A stretch of DNA of 32,015 nt from Candidatus Nanopelagicales bacterium. Lineage in GTDB: Bacteria; Actinomycetota; Actinomycetes; S36-B12; UBA10799. This document shows, in pieces, positions 17,407 to 24,570 of this stretch. Within the stretch, counting starts at the first letter, position 1; each line of letters starts with the position of its first letter. The stretch lies in contig JALOLM010000001.1 of the NCBI GenBank assembly GCA_025455985.1, positions 1-32,015 on the forward strand, written 5' to 3'. The notes beneath the pieces are model-generated. The model ran no database searches. It saw nothing but the letters and a program-made list of their open reading frames with translations, and had not been told where the DNA came from. The position numbers and the translations under genes were made by a program.

Positions 17407-18525
17407 ATGGGTGCCCTGGCCGCCGGTGCGGCGGCCATTGTCGGATTCTCGGTGCCGGCTGCTCCCGCGGTACCCGAATCCACCGTTCAGAACTTCGCCG
17501 CCACGCCCCGGCAGAGTCCCGTCGACGCCGACTACTATCTCGCCGACGCCTCCGGTCACTGGGCGGCACCGAGGTGCGTGGGCGACGGCCGGAGCGGTCC
17601 TCGGGTCCAACCAGTCTTCGTCCACCGCAAGGGCAGCAGCAACCGGTACCAGCAGTTCCGCACTGTTCTGCAGAGGTCGCTGTCGCTGACCACGGGAATC
17701 TTCGAGCGGTCCTCAGGCGCCCGCCGAACGGTGAGATGGGTGCACGACACGTCGTGCCGGCCGGTGATCTGGCAGGTCGGGGTTCCCGCCGCGGTGAGCC
17801 ACAACCTGGTTGATCTGCGGGCTTACCTAAAGGACACACAGCCCAGGTTCCGCGACCCCGACCGCGTTTACAGTCTTTGGGTCGATGCCACGACCAGCCC
17901 GGAATGGTCCGGGCTCGGCGATGACCGCTGGTCGGCCACGTGGAGTTCGTCGTGGGGTTTCGTCTGGGTCGATGCCCACGAACTTGTCCACGCGCTCGGA
18001 GCCTTGCGCCCGGATGCGCCGCACGCGACGGGCAAAGGCCACTGCTACGACGCGTACGACGTGATGTGCTACCGGGATTCGGGACCTGCGTGGCGCAACG
18101 TGATCGCCTGTCCGGCGCCGTCGGCCCAGTACCGTCTCGACTGCGGAGATGACGACTACTTCGCTCTCAAGCCGCGCAAGGGGTCCTGGTTGGCCAAGAA
18201 CCCAGGGGCCAATGTGGCGCGTTCGCGGTTCCTTGCACGGGTCGCGTCCCGGGTGCTGCCCACGGAACCGCCACCCGCCACCGGCGTGGTGCGCGATGCC
18301 GACAGCGTTGACTGGCAGGTGCAACCAGGGGTGCGCTACGACGTGGGCGTCACCGACGGGGATGGCAGCGTCGCCTGGCTGACGCAAGACAATGTGACCG
18401 GGAGCGTGTCCACCTGGGAGGTGCCGACCACCAGTCGCGTGTTCGTGCGGGCGGTCAATGATGCCGGGTACTCCCAGCGGATTAGGGCGCGCACGAGTGT
18501 CGTGTCCGCCACGACGTCCGGGTGA
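17407..18525 (+). CDS. Secreted HExxH zinc-metalloprotease-like protein with a C-terminal FN3/Ig-like beta domain (family not recognised)
   Basis: Hydrophobic N-terminus (MGALAAGAAAIVGFSVPAAPA). HELVHALG is at nt 17977-18000, with further His 11 and 17 residues after the second motif His. A possible Met-turn is YDVMCY. Seven Cys residues lie after the start. The last ~85 aa are a Thr/Val/Asp-rich beta-strand pattern. An alternative start is ATG 17365. Confidence 0.55.
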   Translation: MGALAAGAAAIVGFSVPAAPAVPESTVQNFAATPRQSPVDADYYLADASGHWAAPRCVGDGRSGPRVQPVFVHRKGSSNRYQQFRTVLQRSLSLTTGIFERSSGARRTVRWVHDTSCRPVIWQVGVPAAVSHNLVDLRAYLKDTQPRFRDPDRVYSLWVDATTSPEWSGLGDDRWSATWSSSWGFVWVDAHELVHALGALRPDAPHATGKGHCYDAYDVMCYRDSGPAWRNVIACPAPSAQYRLDCGDDDYFALKPRKGSWLAKNPGANVARSRFLARVASRVLPTEPPPATGVVRDADSVDWQVQPGVRYDVGVTDGDGSVAWLTQDNVTGSVSTWEVPTTSRVFVRAVNDAGYSQRIRARTSVVSATTSG

Positions 18526-18540
18526 TCTACCGTTGGACGG

Positions 18541-19212
18541 GTGAAGAGGCTGGTACTTGGTGTTCTGGGTGCGATGCTGGGCCTGCTGGGGCTGGGATTG
18601 ATGGGCGCTGGCGCCTTGGTGCTCTCCCTGTTCGGTACTGATGGTCAGGCGCAGATACCGATAGGCGAGGCGCCTGCGAACACGGGCCGGGCCATCGTTC
18701 TGACCGACTTCCAGATCAGCACATCAACGGCGCTTCCGTTTGACGAGTCCTGGTTCGACCTGCAGGTCGAAGTTTCAGGTGACCAGTCGATGTTCGTCGG
18801 TGTGGCGGCCAAGCCCGATTCCCTGGAGTATCTGCGGGGGGTCCCTTACCTGCTGATCACGGGCATCGACAGTTCTTCGGACGCGCTGGATTCCACGGAG
18901 ATTCCAGGAGACAGTGTGGCGGCACCTCCGGCGCAGCAGGACTTCTGGACCGATCAGGGGGAAGGCCGCGATGTGGCGGTCCAGTGGCCCGTCACCGATT
19001 CGAACACCACCCTGGTGGTGATGAACGCCGACGGCAGCCCGTCCGTTTCTGCCGATATGAGCGCCCGCGTCACGGTCGGATGGGCCAGCCCCGCGGCAAT
19101 CGGGACCCTCATCGCCGGGCTCGTGGTGATCGGCGTGGCCATATTTGTTCTGGTCGTGGCATTCCGGTCGCAGGATCCGCGGCCGGTGGGTTCCGTGAAC
19201 AACAGGGCCTAG
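18541..19212 (+). CDS. Hypothetical membrane protein with N- and C-terminal TM helices flanking an acidic extracytoplasmic domain
   Basis: 223-aa ORF with GTG start 15 nt after the preceding stop. TM helices are at residues ~5-30 and ~185-208. No family was recognised. Confidence 0.5.
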   Translation: MKRLVLGVLGAMLGLLGLGLMGAGALVLSLFGTDGQAQIPIGEAPANTGRAIVLTDFQISTSTALPFDESWFDLQVEVSGDQSMFVGVAAKPDSLEYLRGVPYLLITGIDSSSDALDSTEIPGDSVAAPPAQQDFWTDQGEGRDVAVQWPVTDSNTTLVVMNADGSPSVSADMSARVTVGWASPAAIGTLIAGLVVIGVAIFVLVVAFRSQDPRPVGSVNNRA

Positions 19213-19222
19213 GCTAGCGGGC

Positions 19223-19807
19223 GTGGAGGTTCAGCAGACCGAGGTCCAGACCGATCGGGTTCTCACCGTTCCGAACCTGCTTTCAGGCCTGCGGCTGCTG
19301 GGAGTTCCGCTGTTCCTGTGGCTGATCCTCGTGCCCGAGGCCGACGGCTGGGCCGTGGTTCTGCTCATGGTGTCCGGTTTCACCGACTGGCTCGATGGCT
19401 ACTTGGCCCGCAAGTGGAACCAGATCTCCCGTGTCGGGCAGCTGCTCGATCCGGTGGCAGACCGGCTCTACATCCTGGCCACCCTGGTGGGGCTTCTGCT
19501 GCGCGGCATCGTTCCTCTCTGGTTCGTCGTGCTGCTCGTTTCGCGCGACCTGCTGCTGGCTGTGGTTCTGGCAATCCTGAAGCGCCGGGGAGTCACGGGT
19601 CTGCCTGTGCATTTCCTGGGTAAGGCGGCCACCTTCTGTCTGCTCTACGCGTTCCCGCTGTTGCTGCTCGGCGACGGGTCTACCTGGTTCGCCGACGTCG
19701 CCAATGTGGTGGGCTGGGCCTTCGCGGTCTGGGGGACGGCCCTCTACTGGTGGGCAGGGGTCCTGTACATCGGCCAGGCCCGGCAGATCCTGGCATCATC
19801 CTCGTGA
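19223..19807 (+). CDS. pgsA: CDP-alcohol phosphatidyltransferase family protein (PgsA2 / eukaryote-type cardiolipin synthase-like)
   Basis: Exact D-x2-DG-x2-AR-x8-G-x3-D-x3-D motif (DWLDGYLARKWNQISRVGQLLDPVAD, nt 19385-19462). Its position heading the DUF881/gcvH/garA block matches M. tuberculosis Rv1822. Confidence 0.85.
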   Translation: MEVQQTEVQTDRVLTVPNLLSGLRLLGVPLFLWLILVPEADGWAVVLLMVSGFTDWLDGYLARKWNQISRVGQLLDPVADRLYILATLVGLLLRGIVPLWFVVLLVSRDLLLAVVLAILKRRGVTGLPVHFLGKAATFCLLYAFPLLLLGDGSTWFADVANVVGWAFAVWGTALYWWAGVLYIGQARQILASSS

Positions 19808-20619
19808 GCCGGCCCCTCGGCGACAACCTGCTCGACCGGCTGATCGCCGAAGCGCAGGCCGACGACTACGCGCTGGCGCTTGAGCAGCCCGGCCCCACCT
19901 CGACCAGGCAGGGACGCCGCGTCGCGGGAGTGGTCCTCTTCGCGGTCATCGGTCTGCTCCTGGCGGTCTCCTTCGTGCAGACCCAGACCGTGCAACCCGC
20001 TGCCGCGCAACGACGTGAAGCGCTCGTGAGCCGGATCGAGGCGGCCACGATTGCGGCTCAAGAGGCGGGCGCAACCGCGACGTCCCTGCGCTTGACGGTC
20101 TCGGAGTTGCAGATCCTGGCCACGCGCGGTCTTGGCGAACAGTTCGGTGACGAGTTGCGGGCTCTCGAGGTGGCATCCGGCTTTGTGGGTCTCGAGGGTC
20201 CCGGAGCGGTCCTGGTCATGCAGGACGGCACCGCACCGCTACCCAAGGGTGTGAGTGCCGACGAGGCCAGGGTTCTGGACATCGACATGCAGGCCGGCGT
20301 CAACGGTCTGTGGGAGGCCGGCGCCCAGGCTATTGCCATAAACGACATCCGGCTCACCTCGCTCACCGCGATCCGCACGGCCGGGGAGGCCATTCTGGTC
20401 GACTTCCGGCCGTTGGAACCCCCCTACAGGGTGGTCGCCATCGGGCCGAAGGATCTGGCTAAACGCTTTGCACGGACCCAGGCCAGCGACGATCTGGACC
20501 AACTGCGCCGGGACTACGGCATACAGTCTGAGGTGGCCGCCGCTGACGTGGTAGCGGTTCCGGCGTCGACGGCGAATCTTCCGACAAAGGCCGAAGTGGT
20601 GAAGGGTGGTGGCCGGTGA
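19804..20619 (+). CDS. DUF881-domain membrane protein (Rv1823-like)
   Basis: N-terminal TM helix, a coiled-coil stretch and a C-terminal GPGAVLVMQD...AINDIRL...PPYRVVAIGP pattern. GTG start 19804 overlaps the pgsA stop (GTGA). The ORF-track start at 19750 lies inside pgsA. Confidence 0.75.
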   Translation: MSRPLGDNLLDRLIAEAQADDYALALEQPGPTSTRQGRRVAGVVLFAVIGLLLAVSFVQTQTVQPAAAQRREALVSRIEAATIAAQEAGATATSLRLTVSELQILATRGLGEQFGDELRALEVASGFVGLEGPGAVLVMQDGTAPLPKGVSADEARVLDIDMQAGVNGLWEAGAQAIAINDIRLTSLTAIRTAGEAILVDFRPLEPPYRVVAIGPKDLAKRFARTQASDDLDQLRRDYGIQSEVAAADVVAVPASTANLPTKAEVVKGGGR

Positions 20620-20948
20620 TCGCGTTGATCGGGCTGATCGTGGGCATCGTGCTGGGTGTGGTGCTGTCCCCTGACGTGCCGACGTGGATGGACGCGTATT
20701 TGCCGGTTGCGGTGATCGCCGGCCTGGATGCGGTGTCGGGTGCTCTGCGGTCGATGCTCGACGGCAACTTCTCGGACAAGGTCTTCGTGGTGTCGTTCCT
20801 CGGGAACGTGGCCGTCGCCAGCGTGCTGGTGTGGCTCGGCGACCAGCTCGGCGTGGGTGCGCAGATGTCCACCGGGGTGGTGGTGGTCCTGGCGATGCGG
20901 ATCTTCGCCAACGCCGCGGCCATTCGTCGAAAGGTGTTCAAAGCATGA
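20616..20948 (+). CDS. sbp: Small basic protein Sbp (DUF1290)
   Basis: 110-aa membrane protein with a basic C-terminus (IRRKVFKA). GTG start overlaps the upstream stop (GTGA), and its own stop overlaps the next ATG (ATGA). It is sandwiched between two DUF881 genes, as in B. subtilis ylxW-ylxX-sbp and M. tuberculosis Rv1823-1825. Confidence 0.7.
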   Translation: MIALIGLIVGIVLGVVLSPDVPTWMDAYLPVAVIAGLDAVSGALRSMLDGNFSDKVFVVSFLGNVAVASVLVWLGDQLGVGAQMSTGVVVVLAMRIFANAAAIRRKVFKA

Positions 20949-21610
20949 GACGCCGGCAGTGGGGCGTGGCCGTGGTGGCCGTGCTGATCGGCATGGGAAC
21001 CGTGGCTGTGGTGCGCGGACAGGACACCAATGAGTTTCTGGCCGCTGCCCGCGAGCCCGATCTGGTTCGGTTGCTCGACGATCTGCAGGCGCGTCAGACC
21101 CGCTTGGATGGGGAGATCCTGCGCTTGCAGGCGGCCGAACAGCGGCTGCGCAACGGAACCAGTGCCGAAGCCCTGCAGGAGACGCAGGAGCGAGCCAACG
21201 ACCTGCGCGTTCTCGCCGGCACGACCGGTGTGCGCGGCCCGGGGATCAAGATGCGTGTCGATGGAGAGGACTCCTTCTTCGCGTCTGACCTGCTCAACAC
21301 CGTGCAGGAACTGCGCGATGCCGGTGCAGAGGCGATCGAGGTCAATGGCAACCGGGTTGTGGTGAACACGTGGTTCGCCGACGCTGCAACGGGGATCTCC
21401 GTCAGTGGTGCCATCATCCGGGCGCCCTTCGAACTGCAGGCGATCGGGGGACCGAGCACCATGTCGACCGCCATGCGCATCCCCGGGGGCATCGTCGACA
21501 CCGTGAATTCCCAGGACGGTTCGGTGGTCATTACGGAGTTGGAAGATATCGAGATTCTCAGCACTGTGAACCTGCCTGAGCCCGACCCCGAGGTCAGTGT
21601 GACCGACTAG
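20945..21610 (+). CDS. DUF881-domain membrane protein (Rv1825-like paralogue)
   Basis: In-frame part of ORF 20684..21610 starting at ATG 20945 (MRRRQWGVAVVAVLIG...). It has a TM helix, a coiled coil, then GPGIKMRVDG...AIEVNGNRV...FELQAIGGP. Confidence 0.75.
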   Translation: MRRRQWGVAVVAVLIGMGTVAVVRGQDTNEFLAAAREPDLVRLLDDLQARQTRLDGEILRLQAAEQRLRNGTSAEALQETQERANDLRVLAGTTGVRGPGIKMRVDGEDSFFASDLLNTVQELRDAGAEAIEVNGNRVVVNTWFADAATGISVSGAIIRAPFELQAIGGPSTMSTAMRIPGGIVDTVNSQDGSVVITELEDIEILSTVNLPEPDPEVSVTD

Positions 21611-21620
21611 GCTTGGGGTT

Positions 21621-22007
21621 ATGAGCGCACCAGATGATCGGCGGTTCACCCGCGAGCACGAGTGGATCCTGTCGTTGGAGAACGGAAATCTGCGAGTGGG
21701 CATCACGGACTTCGCGCAGGATGCCCTCGGCGACGTCGTGTTCGTCTCGCTGCCGGAGGTCGGGGCGTCCCTGCGGGCCGGTGACGCCTGTGGCGAAGTG
21801 GAGTCGACCAAGAGCGTCAGCGAGATCTATGCCCCGGTGGACGGAACGATCGTGGCGCGCAACGACGCGGTGGAGACGGCGCCGGAGACGATCAATGCCG
21901 ATCCCTACGAGAGTGGTTGGCTCTACGTGCTTGAGCCCGCTGACGCCGAGGCCGTGGAGTCTTTGCTCAGTGCCCAGGACTACGAGGCGCTCATCGAGGG
22001 CAAGTAA
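21621..22007 (+). CDS. gcvH: Glycine cleavage system H protein
   Basis: 128 aa. The lipoyl-lysine motif is GEVESTKSVSEIYAPVDG, and the N-terminus (FTREHEW...GITDFAQ) is typical. Confidence 0.92.
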   Translation: MSAPDDRRFTREHEWILSLENGNLRVGITDFAQDALGDVVFVSLPEVGASLRAGDACGEVESTKSVSEIYAPVDGTIVARNDAVETAPETINADPYESGWLYVLEPADAEAVESLLSAQDYEALIEGK

Positions 22008-22053
22008 GAGGACGCTTTGCGAAATCGGGGCAGAACTGACCCTCTAGTAGAGG

Positions 22054-22059
22054 TATAGT
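22054..22059 (+). promoter_or_regulatory. Candidate -10 (TATAGT) directly abutting a CCTCTAgTAGAGG palindrome (22041-22053), upstream of the garA-like/ftsR-like pair
   Basis: TATAGT fits the TANNNT pattern and lies in the only AT-richer patch of the 69-nt gcvH-garA spacer. The 6+1+6 palindrome immediately precedes it. Confidence 0.3.
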
Positions 22060-22076
22060 TCACAGCCCGGCCCTAT

Positions 22077-22571
22077 GTGAGGAGTTGCGTGAACAGTCAG
22101 TGCGTGCGGTGCGGACGTCCCCTCGAACCCGAGGACCGGTTTTGCTCAGCGTGTGGGACCCCACGCCCCGTGGACGACACGGACGCCACTGGCGTGGTCA
22201 TCCCCGAGCTGCAGGACACCGGACCCATCCCTGTCGTGGAGGGACTCTCGGGGCTCACGAAGGGCATGAGTGTCATCGTCGTGCAGCGGGGCCCGGCGAT
22301 CGGACAACGTTTCGAGTTGGCCGGACAGCGCCTGAGCGTCGGCAGAGCGGCTGAGTGCGACATCATGCTCGATGACGTGACCGTCAGTCGCCACCACGCA
22401 GAATTTGTGGCCGAAGGTGACGGCTGGCTGCTGGTGGACATGGGTTCTCTCAATGGGACATACGTGAACCGCTCCTCTGTGGAACGCCATCGGCTGAACT
22501 CCGGGGACCTCATCCAGATCGGCAAGTTCCGTCTGCAGTACCTGCACGCCGATGAGGACTACCCCGCCTGA
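22077..22571 (+). CDS. garA: FHA-domain regulator, GarA/OdhI homologue with an N-terminal zinc ribbon
   Basis: The C-terminal ~100 aa align closely with GarA as I recall it (VVQRGP..G.RF.L......GR....DI.LDDVTVSRHHAEF....G...VDMGSLNGTYVN....V.....L..GD.IQIGKFRL.YL). The N-terminus has CVRCGRPLEPEDRFCSACG. GTG 22089 is the better-spaced start for the GAGGAG at 22079-22084. Confidence 0.85.
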   Translation: MRSCVNSQCVRCGRPLEPEDRFCSACGTPRPVDDTDATGVVIPELQDTGPIPVVEGLSGLTKGMSVIVVQRGPAIGQRFELAGQRLSVGRAAECDIMLDDVTVSRHHAEFVAEGDGWLLVDMGSLNGTYVNRSSVERHRLNSGDLIQIGKFRLQYLHADEDYPA

Positions 22572-23242
22572 TGAGCAGGCAGTTGTACGGCATTGGCGAG
22601 ACGGTCTCGTCGCTAAGGGCGGATTTCCCCGATGTCAGCGTCAGCAAGATCAGGTTCCTGGAGGCGGAAGGTCTCGTTGAGCCGTTGCGCACCCCATCGG
22701 GCTATCGCAAGTTCACCCCTGCGCATGTCGAACGCATCCGGTACGTGCTCACGATGCAACGCGATCACTACCTCCCACTGCGGGTGATCGCAGAGCACCT
22801 CGATGCGCTGGACCGGGGACTGACCCCTCCCGAACTCGTCGATTCCACCCCGTCGGCGGCGGCCACACCGATTGCCGAGCCCGATCTGAGCAGCCGTGAC
22901 ACGGGCGTTCGGCTGCTGGCCGAAGAACTGTGCCGTGAATCGGGGCTGACCCGTGAGGAACTGGCCGACGCGATCACGGTCGGAGTCCTTCCGGGAGCCG
23001 ATGTGTACTCGCTGGACGACTTGGAAACGGCCAAAGGCCTGGCGGCGCTGGTCGGATGCGGCGTTCCGGTGCGCAACACCCGCCCCATGGTCTTGGCAGT
23101 GAACCGTGAGATCGACCTGTACAGCACCGCGTTGGGCAAAGCCCGCCGCGGGGAGACAGATGAGCAGTACCAGGCGCGCGCGAGCAGTCTGGCCGCAGCC
23201 ATCATCCGGGTGCATGTCGCGCTGCTGCGATCAGGGTTGTGA
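22571..23242 (+). CDS. ftsR: MerR-family transcriptional regulator (FtsR/Rv1828-like)
   Basis: The N-terminal HTH is IGETVSSLRADFPDVSVSKIRFLEAEGLVEPLRTPSGYRKF. ATG shares one base with the garA stop (TGATG). Its position directly after the garA/odhI homologue matches Corynebacterium and Mycobacterium. Confidence 0.75.
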   Translation: MSRQLYGIGETVSSLRADFPDVSVSKIRFLEAEGLVEPLRTPSGYRKFTPAHVERIRYVLTMQRDHYLPLRVIAEHLDALDRGLTPPELVDSTPSAAATPIAEPDLSSRDTGVRLLAEELCRESGLTREELADAITVGVLPGADVYSLDDLETAKGLAALVGCGVPVRNTRPMVLAVNREIDLYSTALGKARRGETDEQYQARASSLAAAIIRVHVALLRSGL

Positions 23243-23297
23243 TCTGCGACAGTCGCGTGGCGGTGGCCCGTAGCCGGGTTGGGCGTAGAGTGAACTC

Positions 23298-23783
23298 GTG
23301 CGTGCGGTCGAGGTCGTCGGAGTGCGGGTTGAGATGCCGTCCAACCAACCCATCGTGCTTCTGCGCGACACGCAGTCGGAGCGGTTCCTGCCGATATGGA
23401 TCGGGGCCGTAGAAGCGACAGCCATCGCCTTCGCCCAGCAGGGGGTCCAGCCCGAGCGGCCGTTGACCCACGATCTCTTGCGCGACGTGCTGGAATCGCT
23501 GGGCCGGACGGTCGTGCGGGTCGACATCACTGATTTGCGCGACGGCATCTTCTTCGCCGAACTGGTATTCGACAACGGCGTGACCGTGTCCGCCCGGCCC
23601 TCCGACGCGATAGCGCTGGCGCTGCGCACGGCATCGCCGCTGTTTGCTGCGGAGTCGGTGCTGGACCAGGCGGGGATCGAGATGCCGGCTGAAGAGGAGG
23701 AAGAGGAGGCAGAGGTGGAGGCCTTCCGGGAATTCCTCGATCAGGTCACTCCGGAGGACTTCGAAGGGGAGTCCGGTTCGTGA
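23298..23783 (+). CDS. Bifunctional nuclease family protein (DUF151, Rv1829-like)
   Basis: 161 aa. The N-terminus VVGVRVEMPSNQPIVLLRD....RFLPIWIG..EA.AIA is typical of the family, and the tail is acidic (EEEEEEAEVE). Confidence 0.75.
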   Translation: MRAVEVVGVRVEMPSNQPIVLLRDTQSERFLPIWIGAVEATAIAFAQQGVQPERPLTHDLLRDVLESLGRTVVRVDITDLRDGIFFAELVFDNGVTVSARPSDAIALALRTASPLFAAESVLDQAGIEMPAEEEEEEAEVEAFREFLDQVTPEDFEGESGS

Positions 23784-23953
23784 GGACCGGCTTGCCGACT
23801 CGTGACGCCGAGGCAAATGAATGAACCTCTACTTGAGGTTGAGGTATTGGTGGACGCGAAGTGGGCGTGTCGGTCGCGTCGTCCGGGCCGATCGCCCTAC
23901 GTTGTGAGATGTCTAGTCCCGCTGGGGCCATCAGGACAGCCGAGGAGTAGTAG

Positions 23954-24517
23954 ATGAACGAGGCAACCGCCGACTCAGCAGTCGTGGCCGGGGTCGAGCA
24001 GCAGGAGTTGTTCGCCGACGACCGTCAGGTCCCCGACGATGCCGGCTACCGGGCCCCGGTGGTGGCCAAACTTGTGGGGATCACCTACCGCCAGCTCGAC
24101 TACTGGGCGCGCACGGGTCTGGTCGAGCCGAGTCTGCGCACTGCGAAGGGTTCGGGGTCGCAGCGCCTCTACAACTTCCGCGACATCGTCACCCTGAAGA
24201 TCGTCAAGCGGCTCCTCGAAACCGGTGTGACGCTTCAGCAGATCCGCACCGCGCTCGACCACCTTCGGGCCAGCGGGGTGACGGACCTGTCGCAGATCAC
24301 GCTCATGAGTGATGGCGCCAGTGTCTACGAGTGCCGCAGCGCCGAGGATGTGATCGACCTCGTGCACGGCGGTCAAGGTGTTTTCGGCATCGCGGTGGGT
24401 GCGGTGTGGCGCGAGGTACAAGCGGATCTGGCCTCACTGCCCGCAGAGCGGGCCGATGGAAGCGCTAGCGTTGGTGAGGATGAGTTGTCGCGCAGGCGCG
24501 CCCGCAAGATTGGATAG
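23954..24517 (+). CDS. MerR-family transcriptional regulator (Rv1830-like)
   Basis: [27 protein letters not shown]...[26 protein letters not shown] Shine-Dalgarno at 23942-23947 lies 6 nt upstream of the ATG. Confidence 0.8.
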   Translation: MNEATADSAVVAGVEQQELFADDRQVPDDAGYRAPVVAKLVGITYRQLDYWARTGLVEPSLRTAKGSGSQRLYNFRDIVTLKIVKRLLETGVTLQQIRTALDHLRASGVTDLSQITLMSDGASVYECRSAEDVIDLVHGGQGVFGIAVGAVWREVQADLASLPAERADGSASVGEDELSRRRARKIG

Positions 24518-24570
24518 CCACCACGTTCACCGACCGGCACATAGGTCCTGACAGGACCGACCAGCAGCGG

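Noticed and set aside
20459-21811. 450-aa minus-strand ORF, the longest unassigned ORF in the central block.
   Set aside because: It is antisense to four plus-strand genes with family-level support (DUF881, sbp, DUF881, gcvH) and crosses their junctions. It has no motifs and is a high-GC antisense artefact.
23817-23957. 46-codon upstream ORF ending in ATGA at the MerR start, as a possible leader peptide gene.
   Set aside because: About half of its codons end in G/C, whereas real genes in this window strongly favour G/C at the third position. It uses several codons that look rare here (cta, aga, agt, gta, tgt) and has no Shine-Dalgarno. It is kept only as a note within the finding at 23784-23953.
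23784-24570. Glycine riboswitch upstream of gcvP, or upstream of gcvH at 21611-21620.
   Set aside because: There is no intergenic space before gcvP, because the MerR stop abuts the gcvP frame, and only 10 nt precede gcvH. The 170-nt spacer at 23784-23953 lacks the repeated GGAGAG...ACCGAAGGGGCAA-type cores by eye.
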